In this document: positions 28,680 through 39,716 of the stretch, in pieces
How the letters are laid out: each line of letters begins with the position of its first letter
How positions within the stretch are numbered: the first letter of the stretch is position 1
Origin: a bacterium
GTDB taxonomy: Bacteria > Fidelibacterota > UBA2242
Assembly (NCBI GenBank): GCA_018824205.1
Contig: JAHJGX010000081.1
Coordinates: 1 to 59,654, forward strand
DNA: 59,654 nucleotides
Direction of reading: 5' to 3'
Notes under the pieces: model-generated
Seen by the model: only the letters and a program-made list of their open reading frames with translations
Told to the model about the DNA's origin: nothing
Database searches by the model: none
Program-made: the position numbers and the translations under genes

Positions 28680-29464
28680 TACTTCTCCTGTTTTTCCAAA
28701 TAATTTTCTATTGACTGAATGATTGAAACAAATGGTTCAACTGTCAGACTCGCTCCCCCAATCAAAAATCCATCGATATCAGCGGTCGCAATCAGTTCAC
28801 CTGCGTTTTCGGGTTTGACACTGCCTCCATACAGAATCCGGATCTCATTTGCGAGTCGCAGGTTAAACTGACTGGCAATCATGGACCGAATCTCTTTATG
28901 GGCTTCTGAGGCCTGCTTAGAACTGGCCACGATGCCGGTACCGATGGCCCAGACAGGTTCATAGGCAATAATGCAATTTTCCATTTCGCCTTCGGATAAA
29001 CCGGTAAATGCATCGCTATATTGCTGTTTCAAAACACTTACTGTCCGACCACTTTGTCGTTCTTCAAGTGTTTCACCGACACACAGAATTGGTTTCAAAC
29101 CTTTATCAAGTGCCGTCAACAATTTTTTATGAATCAGGCTGTCAGATTCATTAAACACATGCCGTCTCTCGGAATGTCCCAAAATAACATACTCGCAGAA
29201 AGTTGATTTAAGCATATCCGCTGAAATCTCGCCGGTATATGCTCCGGAATCTGCAAAGTGCATGTTTTGAGCACCCAGATAAACCTTTGTTGTCTTCAAT
29301 AGTTCGCCAATGTTAAAGAGCGACGTAAAAGGCGGGCATAATATAACGTCAGTTCGCTTGAGATTCAATACAAATTTAGCCAGATGGTTTGTAAAGTCGA
29401 TGGATTCCTGAACATTCTTGTTCATCTTCCAGTTTGCGGCCGCAATAAAGCGTTTCATAAGCAC
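28679..29464 (-). CDS. tpiA: Triosephosphate isomerase
   Basis: AANWKMN, ILGHSERR, AYEPVWAIGTG and ILYGGSV motifs. The start may be 6 nt downstream (MKRF). Confidence 0.93.
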   Translation of the reverse strand: MLMKRFIAAANWKMNKNVQESIDFTNHLAKFVLNLKRTDVILCPPFTSLFNIGELLKTTKVYLGAQNMHFADSGAYTGEISADMLKSTFCEYVILGHSERRHVFNESDSLIHKKLLTALDKGLKPILCVGETLEERQSGRTVSVLKQQYSDAFTGLSEGEMENCIIAYEPVWAIGTGIVASSKQASEAHKEIRSMIASQFNLRLANEIRILYGGSVKPENAGELIATADIDGFLIGGASLTVEPFVSIIQSIENYLEKQEK

Positions 29465-30661
29465 CTATTTTATTGAGATTAGATTCACCGGAACCAGTTC
29501 CAAGCCACTCAGCAATTCGAGCGATGCTCCGCCACCGGTGGATACATGGGTCACTTTGTCCGTTAATTTAAATTTTTTGATCGCTGAGGCCGAATCGCCG
29601 CCACCTACAACTGTCACGGCTCCATTTTCCGTAATTTCAGCCAAGGCCCGTGCAATGGACTCCGTGCCGGTAGAAAATTGCGGTATTTCAAAGACACCCA
29701 TAGGACCGTTCCACAAGACAGTTTTGCTTTCATTTAAAACTTGATTGAAGAGGACGTTGCTTTCGGGGCCGATATCAACACCAAGTTTGTCCGCCGGAAT
29801 CTGATCCACAGCAACCACTTCCATTTCCGCACCTTCTACCAGCTCCGATACAACGACAACATCTTTTGGCAGATAAATTTTACATCCAACTTCTTCAGCT
29901 TTTTTAAGGATTTCGCGGGCTAAATCAACTTTATCCTCTTCAAGCATTGATTTACCAATTTCCATTCCCTGAGCTTTCAGAAAGGTAAAGGCCATACCGC
30001 CGCCAATAAGAATATTATCGACTTTGCCAAAAAGCCTCTCGATAATTTCGATTTTTCCGGTCACCTTGGCTCCACCCAAAACTGCTGTATAGGGTTTTTC
30101 TGGTTCATCAAGGCAGTCTTGCAGATAGTGTAATTCCTTTTCGAGAAGATAACCAGCAGCCCGTTGTTTAAAATATTTGGCAACACCTGCCATGGACGCA
30201 TGCGCCCGATGACTTGTTCCAAATGCATCATTTACATAGATATCGCCTAGAGCGGCGAGTTTGGCAGAGAATTCTTCACCATTTTTTGTTTCCTCTTCAT
30301 AAAACCGAAGATTTTCGAGAAGTAAAACTTCGCCTTCCTTCAGATTATTAACCATCTCTGTAACTTCAGTTCCAATACAATCCGGTGCAAAATAGACTTT
30401 ATTTGGGATTAGTTCACCCAATCGATCTGCAATCGGCTGAAGACTGAATTTGGGATCTTTTTTCCCTTTGGGTCTTCCAAGATGCGACATCAGGATTACT
30501 TTCCCACCGCCCTTTAGCAGTTTTTCAATTGTCGGAAGTGCTGCCTTAATACGGAAATCCGACGTAATATTCTGGTTTTCATCCTGGGGAACATTAAAGT
30601 CAACCCGGACGAGTACTTTTTGTCCTTTTACGGCTAAATCATCAATTGTAAGTCGTGCCAT
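29465..30661 (-). CDS. pgk: Phosphoglycerate kinase
   Basis: VRVDFNVP, MSHLGRPKG and STGGGASLE motifs. 398 aa. Confidence 0.95.
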   Translation of the reverse strand: MARLTIDDLAVKGQKVLVRVDFNVPQDENQNITSDFRIKAALPTIEKLLKGGGKVILMSHLGRPKGKKDPKFSLQPIADRLGELIPNKVYFAPDCIGTEVTEMVNNLKEGEVLLLENLRFYEEETKNGEEFSAKLAALGDIYVNDAFGTSHRAHASMAGVAKYFKQRAAGYLLEKELHYLQDCLDEPEKPYTAVLGGAKVTGKIEIIERLFGKVDNILIGGGMAFTFLKAQGMEIGKSMLEEDKVDLAREILKKAEEVGCKIYLPKDVVVVSELVEGAEMEVVAVDQIPADKLGVDIGPESNVLFNQVLNESKTVLWNGPMGVFEIPQFSTGTESIARALAEITENGAVTVVGGGDSASAIKKFKLTDKVTHVSTGGGASLELLSGLELVPVNLISIK

Positions 30662-30742
30662 ATTTCACCTTATTATTAATTTTCAGATAACTTAAAATAT
30701 TACCTTTTTCAGGTATTTTAAACAAGGAAAATATCAAAGTGT

Positions 30743-31459
30743 TTATATCGGAGCAGCGACTGTCAGGCCGCGAATTGAAGCGACTCCGCGAGATTTCAAT
30801 ACTGTTGCTGCTGCGTTCATTGTGGCGCCAGTTGTAAACACATCATCTATAAGAACTATTGAATAAATTCCACTCAGATCACAGCTACGGTTTACAGCAA
30901 ACGCATTCTGCATATTTGCATGCCGTTCATGAGCATCAAGATGTGTCTGTGTAACCGTATTTTTCACCCGGTTCAATACATTATCTCTTATGATGTTACC
31001 CGATATTTCGGCAATTCCCCTGGCAATATACATGGATTGATTGTACCCCCGCTCCCGCTTTTTAAGGGGATGCAGTGGAACAGGCATCAAGACAGTGTCT
31101 TTCAATAAAAAGTCTTGTGGCAACTGAGCAGCCATCAGCCGTCCCAAATGTACTCCGGAAGATTTATATCCGCTATATTTTAGTCCGTGAATAATCTTTT
31201 GAATCGTATCATTAAATTCAAATACTGGTAAAATTGTATCAAGTTGTTCAGGAATTTGTTTCATTTTGACAATGTCAGTCGAAAGTACTTTTAGGTCACT
31301 CCAGCAGTTGTGGCATACTACTGTATTCGGTTCATCAATTCGTTGATCACAGACAATACAGATTGCCGGAAACAGCAACGATGTAAGCCCATGATAAAAT
31401 TCACGAGCAATCATCTTCAGTGTTCTATTTCTATCTACTGAGACGGCAGTACTATTCAT
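30743..31459 (-). CDS. comF: ComF family protein (PRTase-fold, ComFC-like)
   Basis: N-terminal Cys pairs (CIVCDQ .. CHNCW) and PRPP-binding motif VLIDDVFTTGAT. Confidence 0.75.
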   Translation of the reverse strand: MNSTAVSVDRNRTLKMIAREFYHGLTSLLFPAICIVCDQRIDEPNTVVCHNCWSDLKVLSTDIVKMKQIPEQLDTILPVFEFNDTIQKIIHGLKYSGYKSSGVHLGRLMAAQLPQDFLLKDTVLMPVPLHPLKKRERGYNQSMYIARGIAEISGNIIRDNVLNRVKNTVTQTHLDAHERHANMQNAFAVNRSCDLSGIYSIVLIDDVFTTGATMNAAATVLKSRGVASIRGLTVAAPI

Positions 31460-31517
31460 TGATTTCTTATTAAGATTACGTTTTCACAAGGAAACGGAGA
31501 CAGATAAATCAATTCTT

Positions 31518-32885
31518 TTAATAATAATCGTTATCTGAATCTCCCATTGGCCGTATCCAACGTTCCCATGCTTCGTCCTGAAGTTCATTTCTGGCTGTCG
31601 AATGAACTAATTCCATCATACCAAATCCCGATTTATCAACGAAAACAAAAATGGCTCCACCTTCAAATTCATAGTAGTACCATATTTGATAGGGTTTGGT
31701 CTCCAGTGAACTAGGGAATCGTTCAATTTCCGATGGCTGACCATATATTAAAAATACCCTTCCCATATCGGTTTTCCAGCCTACCCGCTGTGGTGAAGAA
31801 AATTGTTCTGCCACATATTTCATGCGCTGTTGATATTCAAATTCGGCTTCGTTAAGTGGTGTTGTTGGATCGGAGTCACGGGTTTTCCAGAAATTATTGA
31901 TAATATTACGTTTTCCTTCAACATTCGATTTTCGAAACATCTTGCGTTCCTTATCGGTGGCGTAATATTTAAGAGGATTAAATAATTCAATTAATTCCTT
32001 TTCAGACAATGCTGATAGATTGACTTCCTCCATGACATCAGCCATTAACTTATTTTGATCATTTTTAGCAATATAAAACCTCTTGAAGCCAACCGTTTCC
32101 GCGCCGGCATTTTCTTCTTTGACAGCAATTTTGAAATTATACAATCCGGAATTCAATTCAGCAATATTCATTCCCTTTATCTCCACCGCTGAAGCCCCTG
32201 GTTTTTTCTTTGTAAGCCATTCATTTTGTTGAATGATTTTATCGTTGATATTTGTAATAGTATACTGAACCTGGTACGATTCGCTCTGACCTGCGCCGGT
32301 TTTCAGATTGTATATCTCGCAAAAGGCATATATCATCGGATTTTGGTCACCATATATGTTGCTGGCATTGGGAATGATATCATAGTTGAAATACTTACTG
32401 AACTTATTTTGCATCTCCGTTCGCGAGGCTTGACCGCTTAATTGGATGTCACTTAACTCTAGCTTATCGAAAGCAAAGTCTTTTACAAGAATATCGGTTT
32501 CTTTACGAAAGGTTTTCTTTGAATTCAGATCCATAACAATTGCAATAATCCGGTACTTGCCTTTTGGTACATTGATCGTCACAATTTCCGGTATTTTTTG
32601 AGTGTCAGTAATTTGGTTTGGGTTATCAACTCTGTCAGTAAAACTCCATTCCTTCATCTGCCGCACCGTATCGTCAAAAGCAAATGCCACCCGGACATAA
32701 GCACTTGAACGGTAAGCACCATCACTTTCGACGAAATCAAACAGAATTCGCGGTATCATCAAATATACTTCAACCACATCATTGACTTCATCGCCTCTTA
32801 AAACGGCGTAATCCAAATCAAAGTCCGCTGCAATGGACGGTATTGATATTAATAGCAGCAGTAAAAAACTAATTTTCGCTTTCAT
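31518..32885 (-). CDS. GWxTD domain-containing secreted protein
   Basis: C-terminal RVGWKTDMGRVFLIYGQPSEIE plus WYY..GG.F.F.D. Signal peptide present. Confidence 0.7.
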   Translation of the reverse strand: MKAKISFLLLLLISIPSIAADFDLDYAVLRGDEVNDVVEVYLMIPRILFDFVESDGAYRSSAYVRVAFAFDDTVRQMKEWSFTDRVDNPNQITDTQKIPEIVTINVPKGKYRIIAIVMDLNSKKTFRKETDILVKDFAFDKLELSDIQLSGQASRTEMQNKFSKYFNYDIIPNASNIYGDQNPMIYAFCEIYNLKTGAGQSESYQVQYTITNINDKIIQQNEWLTKKKPGASAVEIKGMNIAELNSGLYNFKIAVKEENAGAETVGFKRFYIAKNDQNKLMADVMEEVNLSALSEKELIELFNPLKYYATDKERKMFRKSNVEGKRNIINNFWKTRDSDPTTPLNEAEFEYQQRMKYVAEQFSSPQRVGWKTDMGRVFLIYGQPSEIERFPSSLETKPYQIWYYYEFEGGAIFVFVDKSGFGMMELVHSTARNELQDEAWERWIRPMGDSDNDYY

Positions 32886-32888
32886 ATT

Positions 32889-35800
32889 CTACTCCAATTT
32901 TACGGATACAATCTGGGAAACACCACTTTCAGCCATCGTTACTCCATATAATGAATCAGCGATACTCATTGTAGATTTATTGTGTGTAACAACAATAAAC
33001 TGGGTTTTCTCAGAAAAGGTTCTGATTACATTTGTAAAACGGCGGGTATTTTCATCGTCTAAAGGGGCGTCAACTTCGTCAAGTATGCAAAAAGGACTGG
33101 GTTTGACCAGATAAATACCAAACAACAGTGCTATCGCCGTAAGGGCTTTTTCACCGGCCGAGAGCATCTTCAGAGATCGCATCTTTTTCCCGCTCGGACA
33201 TGCCCATATCTCGATTTGGGCTTCCAGCGGATCACTGTCTCCGGTTATTTTTAGATCAGCTTCACCACCGTTAAAAAATATTGAAAAAGTGGATTTGAAA
33301 TTTAGACGAATCTTTTCAAATATTTCACGAAACTGTTCGCGGGCAATACTATCGATTTGAGTGATGACCTCGTTCAGCCCTTTTTCAGATTTTATCAAAT
33401 CATCACGCTGCTCCGTCAGAAATGTCAAACGGGAATTTTCTTCTTCGTATTCATCTTTTACGGTCATATTGACCATACCGATCAATTCAAGATTACGTTT
33501 AAAGCGCTCAACTTTCCGGGTCAGTTCTTCCCTCTCCGGCAAATCGTCGGGCACAGTATCCGGAATAGTGCGATTGTATTTTTCCAATAATACGGATTTT
33601 ATCTCATTGATCGCTGCTTGAAAACCCGACCGGCCCAGTTCCAGCTGGCTGATCGACTCGGACAATTTTTCTTTTTCGCGTCTCAATTTAAACAGCTGTT
33701 CATTCAGCCGCTGAATATTGATTCGAATGGCCTGAAATGATTGCCGGAATTCCTCAATATTTTTCTCTGTGACAGCGACAGTATTCTGAAATTCACTCAA
33801 TTGTTTCTGATTTTCACCTGTTTTTATTTGAATGTCATCAGCTGTCTGTTCGTTATTTTTCAACTCAATGCGAGCATTTCCTTTATTTTCAAGAGTTCGC
33901 TGGATCGTACGCCTGGTAATTTCCAGGTTATCAGCGATATTCCTGTATTTATTTTCCAGATTAATTAATTCAATACGCTGATTTTGCCGATCAGTGACAA
34001 CTTGATCCAGTTCTTTTTTAATTTCAGCAACATGCTCCCGTATCTTACTGATTTTTTTCTCGATGGAAGCTATTTCAACATCCAGATTTGATTTTCCTGG
34101 ATCTTCCTTTAAAATTCGTTCTTTAAAATTTTCAATCAGTACTTTCAGGGAAATTCGATTATTGTCAAGCGTTTTCTGAATACTTTTTGACTCGGTTAGT
34201 TGTGATTCATCATGATGCAACTGACTCTGAAATTTTAACGCTTCCTGCTCCGCATTCTTGATTAACCGGGAGTTATCCTGTTTCTGGGATTGAATGGCAG
34301 TAAAATCATTCTGAACAGATTCCAGTTGCGCCTGGACCGCTTTCAGTTTTTCCGACACTGCATCTGATTCAGATTCCAATTGATAGAGTTTTTCTGTCCG
34401 TCCGACCAGCACATTGGATTCTGCGGCCCGGGAGCCACCGGAAAATATTCCGTTTGCATCCCGAAAACGTCCTTTATCCGAAACCAGTGAAATGCCACGA
34501 CAATCCGGGTCATTAATCAATCGATCATACTGTTCGTCATCGCAACAGAAGATCTGCTGGAACAGAAATTCTTTCAGATTTGCGAGGGATTTATCACATT
34601 TGACATAGTTCGTCAATGGAATCAGGTTTGTAACAGGATTGGCGGTTTGCTGTTGATACTCATTGTCCAGCGGAATAATAGATACCCGGCCTTTATCCTG
34701 TTCGGCTAATCTTGAAAGGGCTTGCAGCGCTGCTGTACGATTTTCAGCGACCAGTAAGCGTGAAATATCCTTTATCACGGCTTCAACTGCTGTATAATAT
34801 TTTGAATCAACTGACAACAGATCTGACAATGCTCCTTTTATCCCCGGAAAATCAGGCAGATTTTCTAGAACATATTGCAAACCTGGGCTGAACCCTTCTT
34901 TTGACTGGATTATCCCGGTGTAGAACTGAATCCGGTTGTTCAGCCGATCCAACCGGGACTCCACATCCCGGCGTTCCTTCTGAAGATTGCGCTCGGATTC
35001 ATAAAATTGGTTATACCGGGTTTCCAATTCGTCCAGATTATCTCGTTTTAATTGCAGATTAATATTCAGCGAACTGATTTTATCATGAATCACATTCAGG
35101 GATTCGGATATTTTTTTCTCATTTTCTCTCTGAGAAACCAGATGTTCCTCAATAGATGTCAGTTCTTTTTCCCGCTGAGCGATATTTTCCTGGAGATTAC
35201 CAAACCGGGCGCTGTTCTCTGCCTGCTTCTTTGATAAACCAAAGCGTTCTTCCTGAAGAGCTTGAATCTCAGCATTCACTTTCGAATACCGTTGCTCAAT
35301 TTCTTCTCCTGCAGATTCAATAGTTTTAAATGATTCACGCTTATCGTTAAGCTGTTTTTGAGTGTCAAGATGTTGCTGTTTTAATTCAACTTCCTTCTCT
35401 TCTGTAAAAGTAATTGTCTTTTCGTACTGCAGAATATCATTCTGAAGCCGGGCAATTGTCTGATTTATATTGCGTATTTGTTCTTTCAGTACCAGTTCTT
35501 CAGTAGCGTATTTATTCCGTTCATCCCGAATTTCCGAGAGCTGTTGATTCTTTTCGTCGAGAACGCTTTCCTGTTCTTCAAATTCCTTTTGATTGGTATT
35601 CCAGATTTCCTCTTTACCGGTTAAATCCTTTATGATTTTTTCAATCTCTTCCCTGTCTTCGGAGATATGGCCTTCGATGGGATCCAGAGATTTCCGAATA
35701 TCTGTAATTTTTCGCATCGCCAGTTGGACTTCGGATTCAATTAAACTCGCCGTTGTTTCCTGGTGTTTCTCATATCGCTTAAGTTGACGATGAAGGTTTT

Positions 35801-36407
35801 TAACTTTGGCATCAATCTCATTGATTATATCATTTAAACGGGTCAGATCATCCTTGGTTGCTTCCAGTTTTCGCAGAGCGGCCTTCCGCTGCACCCGGTA
35901 TTTATTGACGCCTGCTGCTTCTTCAAAGAGTCGTTTACGCTCATCAGGATTCTCACTCAGGATATCCTCAATCATTTTCAATTCAATGATCGAATAGGCG
36001 TTGGCGCCCATTCCGGTATCGATAAACAGGTCAGTAATATCTTTCAACCGGCACAGGTTATTATTGATGAAATATTCACTTTCACCATTCCGGTAAACCC
36101 GGCGTGTGATGATGATGTCAGAATATGGCAGTGAAAGTCTGCCGCTGACATTATGGATCGTCAGGGATACTTCGGCCAGATTGAGCGGCCGACGGGTTGC
36201 CGTACCATTAAAGATCATATCCGTATTGCGATCGGCGCGTAAGACACTGGACTTCTGTTCTCCAATTACCCAGCGAATCGCATCGACAATATTCGTTTTA
36301 CCGCAACCGTTTGGTCCGACGACTGTCGTGATTCCCTTGCCGAAATGAACTTCAGATTTTTTCGAGAAAGATTTAAAACCGTAGAGCGAAAGTTTGGATA
36401 TATACAT
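32889..36407 (-). CDS. smc: Chromosome segregation protein SMC
   Basis: GPNGCGKTNIVDAIRWV, LSAGEKALTAIALLF and ILDEVDAPLD motifs. 1172 aa with long coiled coils. Confidence 0.95.
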   Translation of the reverse strand: MYISKLSLYGFKSFSKKSEVHFGKGITTVVGPNGCGKTNIVDAIRWVIGEQKSSVLRADRNTDMIFNGTATRRPLNLAEVSLTIHNVSGRLSLPYSDIIITRRVYRNGESEYFINNNLCRLKDITDLFIDTGMGANAYSIIELKMIEDILSENPDERKRLFEEAAGVNKYRVQRKAALRKLEATKDDLTRLNDIINEIDAKVKNLHRQLKRYEKHQETTASLIESEVQLAMRKITDIRKSLDPIEGHISEDREEIEKIIKDLTGKEEIWNTNQKEFEEQESVLDEKNQQLSEIRDERNKYATEELVLKEQIRNINQTIARLQNDILQYEKTITFTEEKEVELKQQHLDTQKQLNDKRESFKTIESAGEEIEQRYSKVNAEIQALQEERFGLSKKQAENSARFGNLQENIAQREKELTSIEEHLVSQRENEKKISESLNVIHDKISSLNINLQLKRDNLDELETRYNQFYESERNLQKERRDVESRLDRLNNRIQFYTGIIQSKEGFSPGLQYVLENLPDFPGIKGALSDLLSVDSKYYTAVEAVIKDISRLLVAENRTAALQALSRLAEQDKGRVSIIPLDNEYQQQTANPVTNLIPLTNYVKCDKSLANLKEFLFQQIFCCDDEQYDRLINDPDCRGISLVSDKGRFRDANGIFSGGSRAAESNVLVGRTEKLYQLESESDAVSEKLKAVQAQLESVQNDFTAIQSQKQDNSRLIKNAEQEALKFQSQLHHDESQLTESKSIQKTLDNNRISLKVLIENFKERILKEDPGKSNLDVEIASIEKKISKIREHVAEIKKELDQVVTDRQNQRIELINLENKYRNIADNLEITRRTIQRTLENKGNARIELKNNEQTADDIQIKTGENQKQLSEFQNTVAVTEKNIEEFRQSFQAIRINIQRLNEQLFKLRREKEKLSESISQLELGRSGFQAAINEIKSVLLEKYNRTIPDTVPDDLPEREELTRKVERFKRNLELIGMVNMTVKDEYEEENSRLTFLTEQRDDLIKSEKGLNEVITQIDSIAREQFREIFEKIRLNFKSTFSIFFNGGEADLKITGDSDPLEAQIEIWACPSGKKMRSLKMLSAGEKALTAIALLFGIYLVKPSPFCILDEVDAPLDDENTRRFTNVIRTFSEKTQFIVVTHNKSTMSIADSLYGVTMAESGVSQIVSVKLE

Positions 36408-36536
36408 ATGTCAGTTTTCTAATCGCACATCTCTGATATGCCGGATTAATATATTCAATTCAATGGAAAATGGCAGGTGTTTCTTGCTTAACGGAAAAAT
36501 ATCCGGTTAAACGGTATCTGTTTGCTTTAAAACGCA

Positions 36537-36884
36537 TTACCCCGGCGGCCAGTTCATCTGACGACCACCCAGCAGATGCAGATGAATATGCTCGACCTCC
36601 TGCCCACCGTCAGGGCCACAGTTAAATATCAATCGATAACCACTTTCGGAAATCCGTTCATCCCGTGCAATTTTATTGGCAGTCAGAATCATTTTTCCTG
36701 CCAGGGCCTGATCTGAATCTTCCAGTCGATTTATTCGTGTTATATGTTTTCCGGGAATAATCAAGACATGCACCGGCGCCTGAGGATTTATATCACGAAA
36801 CGCCAACAATTCAGCATCTTCATAGATAAATTTTGTACCAAACTCACCGTTCGCAATTTTACAGAAAATACACTCGTCACTCAC
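36537..36884 (-). CDS. HIT family (histidine triad) nucleotide-binding protein
   Basis: CIFCKI .. HIHLHLLGG. 115 aa. Confidence 0.88.
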   Translation of the reverse strand: MSDECIFCKIANGEFGTKFIYEDAELLAFRDINPQAPVHVLIIPGKHITRINRLEDSDQALAGKMILTANKIARDERISESGYRLIFNCGPDGGQEVEHIHLHLLGGRQMNWPPG

Positions 36885-36898
36885 CTGGTTTCCCTTCC

Positions 36899-37615
36899 TC
36901 AGTTAACTAATGAACAAATACTTGAAATCGCTGCTACAACTGCCAATTCCGTTCGCAAACGAAAAGGATTTAAATTCACCGGTATAAAACCGGCTTCAAG
37001 CGCCAATTTGATCTCATCATCATGCAGGCCGCCTTCAGGTCCAACCAAAACAGCGATTGATTTAATCGGATCACCGCCCAACAACAATTCACATAATTTG
37101 TTATTGCTCTCCTGGTCGCATATAATTTTTACTGTATTGGGTGGAATTCCATTGAACCATTTCGATAAAGATTGTGGTTTTTCGATTTTCGGAAGATAGT
37201 AATTTCCGCTCTGTTTAATTGACTCAACGGCAATTTTATGAGCTCTTTCAGCATTGATACTCTGTTTAATAGAATGTTTTGTCTGTAAGGGTACTATCCC
37301 GGACACTCCCAACGCCGTAGCGTCTCGAATCATAAGTTCCAATGCTTTTATCTTTATGATGCCAAAACCCAGAATGATATCAGTCTTCAGGGCTTTTGCC
37401 CGTTTCTCTCTTGTTAAAATCCGGCAATTACAACTGGTTTTCGTAAGTTCCTGAATTATTGAATGAACAATATTCCCATTACCATCGACAAGAGAGACTT
37501 CATCTCCGACTTTTTTTCTGAGAACCTGTATGCAATGCCGAAAATCGTCATGGGTCAATGTTGCTGAATTGTCATTTATCTTTTCAGGTGAAACATAAAA
37601 ATAATAGTGATGCAT
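36899..37615 (-). CDS. rsmE: 16S rRNA (uracil1498-N3)-methyltransferase RsmE
   Basis: LVGPEGGLHDDEI motif. I moved the start to the internal MHHYYFYV (37615), whose ATG overlaps the upstream gene's TAA by 1 nt. Confidence 0.75.
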   Translation of the reverse strand: MHHYYFYVSPEKINDNSATLTHDDFRHCIQVLRKKVGDEVSLVDGNGNIVHSIIQELTKTSCNCRILTREKRAKALKTDIILGFGIIKIKALELMIRDATALGVSGIVPLQTKHSIKQSINAERAHKIAVESIKQSGNYYLPKIEKPQSLSKWFNGIPPNTVKIICDQESNNKLCELLLGGDPIKSIAVLVGPEGGLHDDEIKLALEAGFIPVNLNPFRLRTELAVVAAISSICSLVN

Positions 37616-38328
37616 TAAAACTTTTTCCCAAGACTGATCTTGATGACTATTCCACTGAAATTCCGCCGACCGGTATAATAGGAATCCCAATCTTCTTCCG
37701 GCGGCAGATCGCTTGGAATATCAATTTTATTGGGAAAGTTGAGATATTCATAACCGATAAAGAGGGAAATGAGAGACTTTGGCATTGTTACAAAATCAAT
37801 CCCGGCGCCAAAATGAACCGTACCGTTGTAGTAATAGTCGATATTTTTCATCCGCTCAGACCAGTCCGGTACATTTGCAGGATCCATTGCGATAACCGGG
37901 CCGGCATTACAATAGAGAAATGGCCGGAAATTATTAGCCAGTTTATCCGTAAACAAAATCCGTTTGTAGCCTAATTGGAACGACAGGAAATTCAATCTAG
38001 TCTTATTCGGACGGTCGAGGTAAACCGGTGAATTATAATAGTATGACGAATTGTAATCGTATATCTGATAATCGTTTTTACCACGCACAAAAACGATATT
38101 CAAATTGGCAGTCAGGTGATTAGATGAGTTCAGCGCCCATTCGTAAAAACCGCCAACTCCGCCACCGTTATTGGACTGCACAAGGGCTAATCCGCCATAC
38201 CGGGCATTAGGATCGTCGATACCTCCTCCGGGAGTCCCTGGTGGGACATATTTTTTTTGCGAAAAGGCCGGCTGATGAAAAATCAGAAACACAATCAACA
38301 GGGTAATAATTTTAATAAATCGTCTCAT
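37615..38328 (-). CDS. Outer-membrane beta-barrel protein (porin-family-like), hypothetical
   Basis: Signal peptide LLIVFLIFHQPAFSQ, alternating beta-strand pattern, C-terminal ..ISLGKKF (terminal Phe). Confidence 0.55.
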   Translation of the reverse strand: MRRFIKIITLLIVFLIFHQPAFSQKKYVPPGTPGGGIDDPNARYGGLALVQSNNGGGVGGFYEWALNSSNHLTANLNIVFVRGKNDYQIYDYNSSYYYNSPVYLDRPNKTRLNFLSFQLGYKRILFTDKLANNFRPFLYCNAGPVIAMDPANVPDWSERMKNIDYYYNGTVHFGAGIDFVTMPKSLISLFIGYEYLNFPNKIDIPSDLPPEEDWDSYYTGRRNFSGIVIKISLGKKF

Positions 38329-38495
38329 TTGGTATTCCTTATTATCGAGTAAAAATAACCATTCCTGCGAAAGAAAGCAAAATTGTTTTACTGAATATTC
38401 AACAGATTGTTTCGTTACAATGATTTTTTAAATAGGCGATATTGAATTTGACCTGATTTCACTTAAATTTGGAATGGTATAATTGAAGGATTTAT

Positions 38496-39572
38496 ATGAG
38501 TACACCCGTTTTTTTATTACGATTCCAGCATTCCGATCCGATAGACCAGACCAAAAATCGTCTGAAAAAACTATTTAAAACTGCCGGATTTGATAAAATC
38601 ATTGAGAAGAATGATGTTACGGCTGTTAAAGTTCATTTCGGCGAACCCGGCAATACCAGTTATCTCCCCCATCATTATGTCGAACCAATCGTGCGAATGA
38701 TCAAAAGTTGCAACGCTAAACCCTTCGTCACTGATACCAATGTACTTTATAAAAGCCGCCGGGACAACGCCATCGATCATATTGAAGTAGCCGCCGAACA
38801 TGGATTTACGTCCGAAAAACTCGGCGCGCCAATCATAATTGCCGATGGAATTCTGGGACGCAATGAATCGGAAATCGAGATCAATGCGCCTCTGAACAAA
38901 TCAATATCGCTTGCCACAGAACTTGTCTCGGCACACTCCGCAATTGTCATCTCCCATGCCACCGGCCATCTGACTACAGGACTGGGTGCGACAATTAAAA
39001 ATCTCGGCATGGGCATGTCCAGCCGCAAAGGCAAACTCACCCAGCATTCGGTATCCAAACCAATTATCAGTGAAAGCAAATGCACTGCCTGTGGCGTCTG
39101 CGTAAACTGGTGCCCCGTGGATGCAATTACTGTCGGCGATGATTTTGCATTCATTAACGAAGGTATTTGTATCGGATGCGGCGAATGCCTGGCGGTCTGC
39201 CGTTTTAATGCCGTAAAATTCAAATGGGACAGTTCGTCCGAATTGCTTCAAAAACAGATTGCTGAACACGCACTCGGAATCGTAAAGCAGAAAAACGGGA
39301 AAATGGGCTTTCTGACTTTTATGATCAATATGACAAAAGACTGTGACTGTCTCGCGCAAAAACCCATTTCGTTAATCGACGATATCGGTGTCCTGGCCGG
39401 AACCGATCCCGTTGCTATTGATCAGGCGGTCTATGATCTGACAAAAAAACAAACCGGTAAATCCCTTTCACAGATCGCTTTTCCGGCATTGAATGCTCAA
39501 ATACAATTGGAATATGGCGAACAGATAGGATTAGGGAGCCGGGAATACCGGCTGGTTGAAACGGAGTTTTGA
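38496..39572 (+). CDS. DUF362 domain protein with 2x[4Fe-4S] ferredoxin insert
   Basis: CTACGVCVNWCP and CIGCGECLAVC cluster motifs. 358 aa. Confidence 0.7.
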   Translation: MSTPVFLLRFQHSDPIDQTKNRLKKLFKTAGFDKIIEKNDVTAVKVHFGEPGNTSYLPHHYVEPIVRMIKSCNAKPFVTDTNVLYKSRRDNAIDHIEVAAEHGFTSEKLGAPIIIADGILGRNESEIEINAPLNKSISLATELVSAHSAIVISHATGHLTTGLGATIKNLGMGMSSRKGKLTQHSVSKPIISESKCTACGVCVNWCPVDAITVGDDFAFINEGICIGCGECLAVCRFNAVKFKWDSSSELLQKQIAEHALGIVKQKNGKMGFLTFMINMTKDCDCLAQKPISLIDDIGVLAGTDPVAIDQAVYDLTKKQTGKSLSQIAFPALNAQIQLEYGEQIGLGSREYRLVETEF

Positions 39573-39602
39573 TTGAAATTCCAGATTCCCCGCCTGACTG
39601 TC

Positions 39603-39716
39603 GGGCAGGCAAGCAACAAATAAATTCAAAATTTTCAAATTCCAATATTCAAAATATTACTTTTTCGAAGAATCATTGTTTGGAATTTGGATTTTTAGGA
39701 TTTTGTATTTAACAAG
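39603..39716. repeat. Left copy of a sequence shared with 51042-51226, at the left edge of the accessory island
   Basis: gggcaggcaa (39603-39612) and gtttggaatttg(g)atttttag-gatttt (39678-39710) recur in the same order and orientation at 51042-51051 and 51179-51215. A CA-rich low-complexity stretch lies between them. Confidence 0.45.
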
